Assembly: GCF_000181795.1 (NCBI RefSeq)
Contig: NW_003526945.1
Coordinates: 3,233,513-3,297,512, forward strand
Direction of reading: 5' to 3'
DNA from: Trichinella spiralis
Lineage: Eukaryota
DNA: 64,000 nt
A program made the translations under genes and the position numbers. This document shows, piece by piece, positions 43,966-55,957 of this stretch; the first letter of the stretch is position 1; the number at the start of each line of letters is the position of its first letter. A model generated the notes under the pieces. That model was not told where the DNA came from. It saw only the letters and a program-made list of their open reading frames with translations, and made no database searches.

Positions 43966-45083
43966 ACAAAAAAATTACTGGCACAAAAAATAAATCAAAT
44001 TCAACAATGTTTTTATGCTTGTTTGAAAATTGTGAAAGCAATGAACAGAGTAGAACAAATTTTATGCAAATTTACTGCTAGAAAAAAGTTTACGAGTTTC
44101 AACTGACAGCAACTTCAGTCGACCGAAAATTACGCATTAACTAGTGGAAAAGTAGTTTTCAACCGACACTAATTTGCATAACAGACAGACACCACGCAGC
44201 AGGCGTTATTTGACCCACTAATTTGATGTGCATTGAAACTCGAATTTATATGACCACGAAAAAGATAATAAAGCAGTAAATAATTTGCATAATATGTAAT
44301 TTTCAAAAAATTACAAAATTGATTTTCAAGTATAATATGCAGTAGAATGAAAAAAAACTTTTCAAGTCGAATGGACCACTGCCATGGAAAACATAAAAGC
44401 AAATAAAGCAAGAAAATCGAAATGTTGAATATTTTCAAATGCTGACCTATGGTCAAAAGTTGTTATTGATAGCAATAATAAAGTGAGCAAAGTGAAATTA
44501 AAAGAAGGTGCCATCTGTGTGGCAGCCTAATTATACATCAGAACAATCCCACCATACCAACATCACATCACAGCCTTCTTTTTACTCCAGCAGGAGAAAA
44601 TATTAATATAATTCAAATTCTGAAATATTAAAAATTATTGCCTGTTGTTTTAGATAAAATAATAAATATATGCATGCGTGCATTCAAACGTTGAGTTGAT
44701 CGGTGAACGTTACTTAAAAATCATATCTACGGTATTGCTATGGCTATTTTTATGCAATTACTTTGTTCTTGTTCGTCGCATGTCATATATTTTAAGAAAA
44801 GATGTGTTTCGGCTAAATATATTATTTTTAATTAATTTTACAAACAAATGATATTTCATGATAAAATAAGTTGATAATGTTTTGTATATGAACTTTATGC
44901 ATGTTTCAATTTGAATGTGATTAACAATTGGCTAAGTAGGATTTTGTTACAGTACACTGTTTTTGTAATGTTGTTTTGTTTTTTGCATTAATAAAGTTAT
45001 CGACATATTCTTTTTATTTTATTGATATTTTTATGGAAATATTTTAGATTACCTTGTTCTGCCATAAAGATTCCACTTGCAGA

Positions 45084-46031
45084 ATGGCTGAAGAAAATGG
45101 TGATGTATTTATGGCTGAATGCATTATGAATGAACGTGTCCGAAACGTACGTACATCATTCGCAGGCATAAAGCTACATTATTTAGTCATTTTAATGTGT
45201 AATTAAAGTAATTTGTACTTCCTTTAGCTACTAATTGGAAAATGAAATTATGTGAATGTTAACCTTTTTTGAAGTTGTTGATGTCACTATTAGCATTGTA
45301 TATTTTTCTTTCGTTTTCTACGCCAATTTTAAATTAATGTTTTTATTTTAAGCTTAGGTTACTTATGATCTTGGTAACTACCATTTTAGCAGGCTGGATT
45401 ATCAATCATTCTATTTCTGTAATAAAAGCAGTTTCATTTTTAGGGAAGAAAGGAGTATTTGGTGCGTTGGGAAGGCTATTCTGAAAAGTGAGTTTAGTTT
45501 TTAAAATTATTAGCTTTACAGTTGAAATTCAATTTAAGGTATGACAGCTGGGAACCAGCAAAGCATATATTAGGAAAAGAATTATTTGCAGAATTTAAAA
45601 AGGCGAAGGAAAATGGTTTTAAAAATGCGCACGAATATAATAAACATAAGGGGAAAAAAATTAGCAAAACTGTAAAGAAAAGTACGAAGAAGTTACCACA
45701 AAGACAGGATGCATCATCAGCAAAAAATGCTACGGCGAAGTTACCACAAAAATATAAAAGCTGCAATATAAAACATAAAAAACAACCATCTGATAATGAC
45801 AAGCAAGAAAGTACTCCAGATGAAAATCATGAAGTGGAAGGAAAGCAAATGCATCAAGTAGAAAGGTTATTTTGTGAACATATCAGAAAACTACCATTAT
45901 CCTCAACTGAGTCAGGGCTACATACTGGTATATATAGTCGAAGTAATCTAACAATTGGAGAATTTGAGACGAAAGCAGATCAGTTTCTGCGATTACTCCG
46001 AACTGCGGCGACCTCAAATAAGACCTCATGA
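45084..46031 (+). CDS. Chromodomain protein, Polycomb/CBX-like, three exons
   Basis: VFMAECIMNERVRN|GRKEYLVRWEGYSEK|YDSWEPAKHILGKELFAEF is a chromodomain; it is followed by a Lys-rich linker and a C-terminal NLTIGEFETKADQF that weakly resembles a Pc/C-box. Confidence 0.8.
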
Positions 46032-46266
46032 TTCTGTGAGCAGAAATTGATATTTTTTTTTCACTTATGCAAATATTTCTCAAATGTGACTATAGCTAAT
46101 CTCATAAATTATTTACACTGGATGAAAAACATATACTTGTTTCACAACATATTAATTATTATATCTTATTATTATTATGTTGTATTGTAATGTATTGCAT
46201 TGTATTGTGTTAAAATACACGATCACTCATTAATAAATATATGCCGTTATTTTGGATGTTTACATC

Positions 46267-48361
46267 TGTTGAGTTTTTGGTCAGTTTGATCTTTCTTATC
46301 ACGAAAATCGAGACAATAGACGTAAGATCAGGTAACACAAACATAACAGCTAGAGCGAGGATTCAAAGAAGCATCACAAATAAATTTCCGGTACTAAGTT
46401 TAATAGCACGCGAGGTATTCTCGCACACACACATCTACTTGTCAACACAACAACAGTACAGTACAATGATCATCAGGTTTCAACATGAATTGCCCCATTC
46501 ATCAACACTGCCTCCAACAATTCACATGCTCAGAAAAAATTCCCAACTGCTGACGCAATTTTTCAAGCGGATGTTCGGCACAGCTTTCGTCAGGATTTCG
46601 TTTGTGCCCGCATGAAAAGACGACGGAGTAGACGTATGAGCTGTTAGAAAGTAGTCAGAAAGATAATTCGGAATCTTCCCAACACGTTTGCTGCCAAGTA
46701 CGGCTTCCTGTTGCTTCACAGTTGAAGGTACCTGCTCAGAATTCTCTTCCTTTTACTCCGCCTTCACCTCAGTTTCACATTTCGCTTCTTTTCTGACTTT
46801 GATGACCGCTAAGAATTCATCTTCAGTTCTTTTAGATCATATTTGTCTTCAGTTTCATTCTTCTCAGGTGAAGCAGCTTTGACAATCACTTATGATGACA
46901 GAAAGATCCATCTCCTCTGGCTTGAATAAGACATCCCGACTTGTAACAATTTGATTGGTATCCATCAACCAAACTTTGAAGAAGTTCGTCTTGCATAGCC
47001 GTCGAATACACCGTCAAGCAATTCATCTCTTGTTTCAGCTACTCTGACGTTGTTTGACAACGTGCACAAACCATATGGAGAAGATGTCTGAGCTGTTAGC
47101 TAGTCAGAAAGATTATCTGCCTTTTTCCCAACAGGTTTGCTGCCAAGTGCTGCATCCTTTTACTCCGCCTTCACCTCAGTTTCACATTTCGCTTCTTTTC
47201 TGACTTTGATGACCGCTAAGAATTCATCTTCAGTTCTTTTAGATCATATTTGTCTTCAGTTTCATTCTTCTCAGGTGAAGCAGCTTTGACAATCACTTAT
47301 GATGACAGAAAGATCCATCTCCTCTGGCTTGAATAAGACATCCCGACTTGTAACAATTTGATTGGTATCCATCAACCAAACTTTGAAGAAGTTCGTCTTG
47401 CATAGCCGTCGAATGCACCGTCAAGCAATTCATCTCTTGTTTCAGCTACTCTGACGTTGTTTGACAACGTGCACAAACCATATGGAGAAGATGTCTGAGC
47501 TGTTAGCTAGTCAGGAAGATTATCTGCCATTTTCCCAATCGGTTTTAAACTCAAAGTATTCTTGAGGCAGCGTTGACATATTTCTGCTCATTAACAGCAT
47601 ATCAAGCAATTCAGTGCCGGTCAGTCTTTATAGTTCCTCATTTAAATCTGAAAAAACCTTCTGTAGCTTGGCGACATACCTTGCCATGTTTTCCGTTTCT
47701 ACTTCTTACACATTTTAAGAACTCTTCCATCAACCTATCCACACGTTCACCACTGTTCTGTTCCTTCACAGCAACCAAATTATGCCAAATTTCCGATGGA
47801 GATTTAGACGTAGCCATCAGCTCAACATTGACATCATTCATTGAACTGACAAGAATAAGCTGAGCAAGCCTTTTCAAAAGCTTTTAGTGCCTCGTCATAC
47901 TTTGTCTAACTTGCAGCATAACTGCCAGCAGGTGACGCCGACGGTGCTATATTCTTACGAATGGCGACTTCAAGGGCAGCACGATGACGTAGCACAAGCT
48001 GAATTTGCCTTTTCCAGCGTCTCCGGTTACTTGCACTTTCAAGTTTGTCATCTTGAAACTTGAAATCCATCATACAGCTGCTTCATCGACTCACCATTCT
48101 GATCTTCAGTGCAGATACTATGTAGTCTGGACCCATAACCTGTTGAGTTTTTGGTCGGTTTGTCTGTATTATCACGTAAATCGAGACAACAGACATAAGA
48201 TCAGGTAACATAAACACAACAGCTGGAGAGAGGATTCAAAGAAGCATAACGAAGAAATGGACAGAACGGAGTTCATCAGCACGATAGGTATTTCAGTCAT
48301 GCATACGTATACCTATAAATATCCCCACAGTATTACAGTATAATGAATATCAGGTTTGAAC
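46267..48361 (-). mobile_element. Decayed, internally deleted Ty1/copia LTR retrotransposon (LTRs ~46267-46485 and ~48141-48361)
   Basis: TG...CA LTR. Copia-type PBS (minus strand TCAACA-GGTTATGGGTCCAG) at 48127-48140. Gag remnant AQLILVSSMNDVNVELMATSKSPSEIWHNL. Post-integrase remnant GVFDGY...FKVWLMDTNQIVTSRDVLF and KIPNYLSDY. Confidence 0.9.
46750..47530. repeat. 407-bp tandem repeat inside copia remnant 1
   Basis: aagatgtctgagctgttagctagtcag starts at 47081 and 47488 (period 407), with a partial unit upstream. Confidence 0.9.
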
Positions 48362-48449
48362 TTGTATTGTTACTTCATCAACAACAGTAAATAATGATTC
48401 AAAAGTGTATTAATTGATACAATTTTCAGTTGATTATTTTTACTTTAAT

Positions 48450-49690
48450 GTTTTTTTATTAATTTTCACTCAACAAATGGGTTGTTTTGCGATGTTGACA
48501 CAGCCTGGAGTGGATTCAATTAAACAGTCTGTTGAACTTTGTTCAACTTTTTCTTTACTTGATCAGAATTTTTATTGTTCATCAAAAAGCAATTTATTCT
48601 TTCTTATTTCACAAATTTGAACTGATAACATTCAGCTCCAAGTGCTGTGAGACCAGTTTTCAGGTGCCTCGATGCTACCAATTTTATCTTTGACTGTAAA
48701 TCGCCATTTACATAAAAATGATAATAATCATAATTAGAAATATGACTGAGGTGTTGTGAAATTCTAAATAAATTCCTTTAATCGCTGTTTCAGATTTTTA
48801 GAGCTATTGATATTATTGTCACCGTTGAAGTTGTTTATAACGGATGCGGATGTCCAGTGACCGATACTGTAGATAGCACAAAACTAAAACTAATTCGAAT
48901 CAAAAATTCAAAATGAGTCAGGTAGAGGATGCAAACAATTTTGTTTTATATTAATGCGCTTATTGGGATAATATTGATATGTTTTGTATGGAAATTTATC
49001 AACTACTATTCTCTTCGTTGTAAAATTCATTTATAAATGTTTTTTCACTATCAGAAGTGACTCTCACTATACTTCACATCCTTGCTATCATGTAACTGTT
49101 TTCACATTAGCTGGCAGCAAATTAAATTTCCAAAGTACACGCGTTCACCTCGAAGAATCATTGTTGGCAAAAAATTATCTGTTACGAAGGAACGACGCAA
49201 AATGACACGTTCAAATATTGAGAATACACCTGCTAGTTATCGGTATTTATAATCAGAGCTCAAATAAATACGGTTAATTTATGACACAGTAGACTGAGAA
49301 ATATTCAAATAACTTTAAATATGACTAGATATAAAATCAAACGATCGAACTCTTTTTTTGCATTTGTGAAAATCAGGGACGTAATACAAAAACAAATATA
49401 CTTATGCAAACAGCTACCAGTAAAATAATGACTGTATTTTTTTGTATTATATTAACGCAAATATTTCTAATCATAAACATTTTTTCTATGATGGCGGAAT
49501 TAATAATATTTATATAGGCATTGAATACTGGATTAATATTAAATATTGAAAAATTTAATATTTATAAACAAATATGCTTACTTTAAATTATTCATATTTG
49601 TTTTAATGTTATTTTAAAGCAAATAAAAGTTTAAATAAGATCGCTTTTAGTTTCAATTTCATTCAACAACAATTCTTTTGCTCTGCGCAG
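48450..49690. repeat. Copy 1 of an old ~1.2 kb direct segmental duplication (partner ~51030-52340)
   Basis: Collinear shared blocks, e.g. aactgat..ca.tcagctcca, gttcacctc.aagaatc, tgagaaatattcaaataacttt.aa, tttttgcatttgtgaaaat, aaataagatcg, tgcgcag. Confidence 0.85.
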
Positions 49691-49721
49691 ACAGCTTGAG
49701 CGGTTCGAATTCGTAGTTACA

Positions 49722-50693
49722 ATGGCGGAAATCGGTTTCGAAAGATTTGAGACATTGGCGTATTGGTGGGAAACCACTCCAAGGGTGTGGTTTGTTCTTG
49801 TTGATGAAGTCGATATACTATCTCGACATCTTGAGGAAGGTAATCATTATTACAGTAATGAAAATTCTTCTAAGAAAAAGATATTTACCGAAGTCCACTT
49901 TTAGAGGGAAAAAAGCCGTACGAGCCCAGTGGCCCGTTTATGACAAGCACAGAAACAAGATCCCTACGGATGGGCATAGCAGCCAGTGATGCGAACTACA
50001 ACATCAGCAGTGTGATTTCAGCACCCCACATTAAATGTATTGCTGCTGCTACTAGTTTCATTAAAGGTAACATTATGGAAATACAAGTGATCATCATCTA
50101 TTTGATAATTTACCAATTATTTTCATAAGGATACCAAGATATACTTATATGCGGAGAGAAAAGGATGAATATCAAAATTGAAGCTGGTTTAGGCAAGACA
50201 GCCACCGCTTTTCAACTGCACAAACAGTTCCAGTTGCTCGCTGTTGAAAGTGGATATAATGTTGACGAAACATATAAGTATGAATTAAATTGTCACAAAT
50301 AGACTCAATAACCGTTCTTGAAATAATTTTCACTAAACTCTATCTTTGTATGCTCACATATGAAAATGTTTATTACTTTTCTTCATATTCATAAAGTTGT
50401 ACAAAACAATTCTAAAAAAATGAGGAATTTTCACAATTTTTAGAAGTTTCAAAAAATATCCGGTGAATTATGGTATCTCTACGTCTGTCGTTTCCAAATG
50501 GCGCATTACAAGCACTGTTAAAAGCATAAGAAAAAAGTTTCCAGTTTCTAGGGGAAACACAGTGGCTGTGTTTGTAGACAGTTCTCTAAAAAGCATCCTC
50601 AAACGCCTAGGCCTAAAGGAAACGAGACCAATGGATCCACGTACTGCTAGTCCAAGAGCTATAGCAGAGAATAAGCAGGAAGATGAAAACTGA
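49722..50693 (+). CDS. Histidine-phosphatase (PGM-like) fold protein of Sts/UBASH3/ecdysteroid-phosphate-phosphatase type, predicted catalytically dead; four exons, 225 aa
   Basis: Exons 49722-49839, 49905-50066, 50130-50277 and 50444-50693 total 678 nt and are open. VISAPHIKCIAAA ~ VYCSPSLRCVQTA; NIKIEAGL ~ KIRVEPGL; ESGYNVDETYK ~ AANLSVDTTYR; RGNTVAVFVDSSL ~ KGNNILIVAHASSL. Confidence 0.75.
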
Positions 50694-51029
50694 CGGAAAC
50701 AATGCAAAAAATCATAATTTACTGATCGGATATCCTATTATCCATCTTATTATTATTACCACATTTATAATTTTTCATTTATGATGCTAATTGTTTTCTT
50801 AAATTTGAAAATATTTCCAACAATGAATGATGAATATATATATATATATATATATATATCGAAAAAATTATAATATTCAAAATTATCAAATTGCTGATAA
50901 AATATTTTCAACTTTTACTATTTTTTTTCATAAGCGATGATAATAACGGAAAAATAAATTATTTTTATAATAAATATTAATAAAATATTGTAAAAATTGT
51001 TGTTGCTTTTACTTGATTACGTGTACTGT

Positions 51030-52340
51030 AAAGATGTTTTTTTATTTAAACTTAACTAATGGGTTGTGTTGCCATGGCAACGCAACTTTTAGTCGATTGG
51101 AAGTAAATTGCCCGCCATTTTGCCCAACTTTTTTTCTACCTGGTCAAGAATTTTCGTTATTCCCTGAACAGCAATCTATTCTTCCTTATGTTACAAATTT
51201 TAACTGATGATACTCAGCTCCAGCTGCTGAAAAACCGGTTTTCCGGTGGGTCGATGATGATGAATTTATCTTTGATTAAAAACACCATTTAAATAATAAC
51301 AATAATAACATATATAATAATAGTAATAAATGTATCTAAGGTGTAGGAAATTTTGAAATAAATTTGTTGCATCATTGTTTTAGATGGGTAGGAATATTCA
51401 TATTAATGTACTGTTGCTGTTGTTGTTAGTAATAATTGAAACTGATACTCTATGGCAGACATTATTTGTGGAAAAAAGTTAAACTAATGTGAAATCACAA
51501 AATTAAAAATAATTCACGTGGAAAATACAAATTTTTCAAATTAATGCGCTTCAACAGAACCAATACTATTATTATTCAGAAAATATTCTCCATTTCTGAC
51601 AATATTGCTATGTTTTGTATGCTAATTTGTCAACAATTAATTATTCTACTTGCATTCCATTTATAAGTGCTTTCCACTTGAAGAAGTGGTTCTCACATGA
51701 CATGATACCTGTGCTATGATATAAAAGCTTTTATTATATGTGTCACTGGTAATGTGATCCCCAATGTACGAATGTTCACCTCCAAGAATCCCTGTTGCCA
51801 AATAAACTATCTGCTACAGAAGGATTGACTTCAAAAATTAGAATAATGCAAAAAGTATAACTAGCTTGTTTGTTATCGGCACTTCTAACAGACGCTCAAA
51901 TAAATGCCGTTAATTTGCCACACAAGAGATTGAGAAATATTCAAATAACTTTGAAATGACTATATACAAAATCAAATGGCCGAACTCGTTATTTTTGCAT
52001 TTGTGAAAATTAGGGAGGTTAAATAAGAGTTCAGAAAAGACATAAATGCGAAAAGTTGTCATTTAATTATATTTTCTTTAATAATATTAACAAATACATA
52101 TTTGATATTAAATATTATTTAGTACCAACAAAATTAATAATATCAACAACAATATTAAAATCTCAAAAATGTACATTTACATAAATTACAATTAAAAAAC
52201 CTTTAAGTTTACAAGCAATTTCGGTAACACCAAATTAAATAACACTTAATGCCACGTCACTTTAAACGAAATAAAGGCATAAATAAGATCGGTTAAAGTT
52301 TTATTTCATTCTGCAAATATTTTTCTGTTGTGCGCAGGCG
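51030..52340. repeat. Copy 2 of the old direct segmental duplication
   Basis: Collinear with 48450-49690; ends shortly before the LTR at 52423. Confidence 0.85.
51068..51081. promoter_or_regulatory. Perfect palindromic X-box (RFX/DAF-19 consensus) GTTGCCATGGCAAC
   Basis: Exact sequence match to the consensus; target gene unknown. Confidence 0.4.
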
Positions 52341-52422
52341 TCGAAACTTTTGAACATTTACATTTACTTTCATGCGCATAAGCTATGCTAAATGCTGGAA
52401 ATTAATAAATTACTTTCATAAT

Positions 52423-55400
52423 TGTTGAGCTTCGGTCAGTTTGATATGTAATAGCTCGAAAATCGAGACAACATACGTCAAAAGAAGAAACACAATCCCA
52501 GCTGCTGGAAACGATTCAAAAAAGCGCTAAAATAACATTGACGGAACTGACTTTATTAGCAAACAGGGCACTTCACACACAAATATATACAAATATCCAC
52601 TGGTTTGTACAGTATAATGAATACCAGATTTCAACATGAATAGTTCCTTTCACCAACAATTCCTGTGCTCGGAAACAATTATCAACTGCTGAAGGAAATT
52701 TTGGAAACGGGTCTATGGCAGAGCCTCAGTTTTGATGCCAAAAACCTAGCGAATGTACAAAGTTTTTCTTGCCAGTCACAGAATCGATAAATGTTCACAT
52801 AAAGTTCTCTTCGAGGAAATATTCTTCTTTCACAGTATCGGGCCAATTTGCGGCTTCAACGGATTACATTGCTTCGTGAAACGACGATGGAAAAGATGTC
52901 TGAGCTGTTAGCTAGTCAGAAAGATTATTTGCCATATTCCCAACAGGTTTGCTGCCAAGTGCTGCATCCTTTTACTCCGCCTTCACCTCAGTTTCACATT
53001 TCGCTTCTTTTCTGACTTTGATGACCGCTAAGAATTCATCTTCAGTTCTTTTAGATCATATTTGTCTTCAGTTTCATTCTTCTCAGGTGAAGCAGCTTTG
53101 ACAATCACTTATGATGACAGAAAGATCCATCTCCTCTGGCTTGAATAAGACATCCCGACTTGTAACAATTTGATTGGTATCCATCAACCAAACTTTGAAG
53201 AAGTTCGTCTTGCATAGCCGTCGAATACACCGTCAAGCAATTCATCTCTTGTTTCAGCTACTCTGACGTTGTTTGACAACGTGCACAAACCATATGGAGA
53301 AGATGTCTGAGCTGTTAGCTAGTCAGAAAGATTATCTGCCATTTTCCCAATCGATTTTAAACTCAAAGTATTCTTGAGGCAGCGTTGACATATTTCTGCT
53401 CATTAACAGCATATCAAGCAATTCAGTGCCGGTCAGTCTTTATAGTTCCTCATTTAAATCTGAAAAAACCTTCTGTAGCTTGGCGACATACCTTGCCATG
53501 TTTTCCGTTTCTACTTCTTACACATTTTAAGAACTCTTCCATCAACCTATCCACACGTTCACCACTGTTCTGTTCCTTCACAGCAACCAAATTATGCCAA
53601 ATTTCCGATGGAGATTTAGACGTAGCCATCAGCTCAACATTGACATCATTCATTGAACTGACAAGAATAAGCTGAGCAAGCCTTTTCAAAAGCTTTCAGT
53701 GCCTCGTCATACTTTGTCTAACTTGCAACATAACTGCCAGCAGGTGACGCCCGACGGTGCTATATTCTTACGAATGGCGACTTCAAGGGCAGCCCGATGA
53801 CGTAACACTAGCTGAATTTGCCTTTTCCAGCCTCTCTTTTTACTCGCACTTCTCATGTTTGTAATCTNNNNNNNNNNTTCTTCCTCTTTTTACTCGCGCC
53901 TTCCACCATCAGTTCCACAATTTCGTTTTCTTTTTGAGACTTGGAGGCCCGGTGAGGAACTCCATCTTCCAGTTCTTTTAGATACATATTGGTTTTCAGG
54001 TTTCATTCTTCTCAGGGGGAAGCAGCTTGGACCATTCACTTAGGATGACCAGAAAGATCCCATCTCCCTCTGGCTGGAATAAGACCATCCCCGACTTGTA
54101 ACAATTGGATTGGGTATCCCATCAACCAAACTTGGAAGAAAGTTTGTTCTTGCAAAGCCGTGGAAATACACCCGTCAAGCAATTCATTTTTTGTTTCAGT
54201 TATTCGGACGTGGTTGGACAAAGGGCACAACCCATATGGAGAAGGATGTCTGAGCTTTTAGTTAGTCAGAAAGATTTTCTGCCTTTTTTCCCAACAGGTT
54301 TGGTGCCCAAGTGCTGCATCCTTTTATTCCGCCTTCCCCTCAGTTTCACATTTCGTTTTTTTTCTGACTTTGATGACCGTTAAGAATTCATCTTCAGTTC
54401 TTTTAGATCATATTTCTCTTCAATTTCATTCTTCTCAGGTGAAGCAGCTTTGACAATCACTTATGATGACAGAAAGATCCATCTCCTCTGGCTTGAATAA
54501 GACATCCCGACTTGTAACAATTTGATTGGTATCCATCAACCAAACTTTGAAGAAGTTCGTCTTGCATAGCCGTCGAATACACCGTCAAGCAATTCATCTC
54601 TTGTTTCAGCTACTCTGACGTTGTTTGACAACGTGCACAAACCATATGGAGAAGATGTCTGAGCTGTTAGCTAGTCAGAAAGATTATCTGCCTTTTTCCC
54701 AACAGGTTTGCTGCCAAGTGCTGCATCCTTTTACTCCGCCTTCACCTCAGTTTCACATTTCGCTTCTTTTCTGACTTTGATGACCGCTAAGAATTCATCT
54801 TCAGTTCTTTTAGATCATATTTCTCTTCAATTTCATTCTTCTCAGGTGAAGCAGCTTTGACAATCACTTATGATGACAGAAAGATCCATCTCCTCTGGCT
54901 TGAATAAGACATCCCGACTTGTAACAATTTGATTGGTATCCATCAACCAAACTTTGAAGAAGTTCGTCTTGCATAGCCGTCGAATGCACCGTCAAGCAAT
55001 TCATCTCTTGTTTCAGCTACTCTGACGTTGTTTGACAACGTGCACAAACCATATGGAGATGTCTGAGCTGTTAGCTAGTCAGGAAGATTATCTGCCATTT
55101 TCCCAATCGGTTTTAAACTCAAAGTATTCTTGAGGCAGCGTTGACATATTTCTGCTCATTAACAGCATATCAAGCAATTCAGTGCCGGTCAGTCTTTATA
55201 GTTCCTCATTTAAATCTGAAAAAACCTTCTGTAGCTTGGCGACATACCTTGCCATGTTTTCCGTTTCTACTTCTTACACATTTTAAGAACTCTTCCATCA
55301 ACCTATCCACACGTTCACCACTGTTCTGTTCCTTCACAGCAACCAAATTATGCCAAATTTCCGATGGAGATTTAGACGTAGCCATCAGCTCAACATTGAC

Positions 55401-55957
55401 ATCATTCATTGAACTGACAAGAATAAGCTGAGCAAGCCTTTTCAAAAGCTTTCAGTGCCTCGTCATACTTTGTCTAACTTGCAGCATAACTGCCAGCAGG
55501 TGACGCCGACGGTGCTATATTCTTACGAATGGCGACTTCAAGGGCAGCACGATGACGTAGCACAAGCTGAATTTGCCTTTTCCAGCGTCTCCGGTTACTT
55601 GCACTTTCATGTTTGTCATCTTGAAACTTGAAATCCATCATACAGCTGCTTCATCGATTCACCATTCTGATCTTCAGTGCAGATACTATGTAGTCTGGAC
55701 CCATAACCTGTTGAGTTTTTGGTCGGTTTGTCTGTATTATCACGTAAATCGAGACAACAGACATAAGATCAGGTAACATAAACACAACAGCTGAAGAGAG
55801 GATTCAAAGAAGCACCACGGACAAATTGACGGTACTAAGTTTACTAGCACGCAAAATATTTTCACTCACACATATACACACACGCACACACCGACATTCA
55901 TCCGTATTCGTTTGTCAACACAACAATAGTACAGTACAATGATTATCAGGTATTAAA
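52423..55957 (-). mobile_element. Second decayed copia element of the same family (LTRs ~52423-52636 and ~55709-55957), with duplicated internal blocks and an N-gap
   Basis: Same PBS at 55695-55708; gag remnant present twice (53450-53689 and 55206-55445); RT N-terminal remnant PSSFHEAM*SVEAANW..VKEE at ~52810-52890. Confidence 0.9.
52893..55100. repeat. 407-bp unit array inside copia remnant 2, interrupted by a gag block and an N-gap
   Basis: Unit starts at 52893, 53300, ~54242, 54652 and ~55058. Confidence 0.9.

Noticed and set aside
47573..47863. 96-aa plus-strand ORF present three times (47573, 53385, 55141)
   Set aside because: Antisense shadow of the copia gag remnant; repeated only because the block is duplicated.
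35621..49340. miRNA seed-like words: tcaccgg (35621), tgagatca (~39563), tgactagat (~49322)
   Set aside because: None sits on a full-length arm of a pre-miRNA-sized hairpin, and the last is not conserved in the duplicated block.
53878..54400. Apparently diverged 407-bp unit and the ORFs it creates (53855-54383)
   Set aside because: Many single-base indels next to an N-gap, fading with distance; typical low-quality read end rather than biology.
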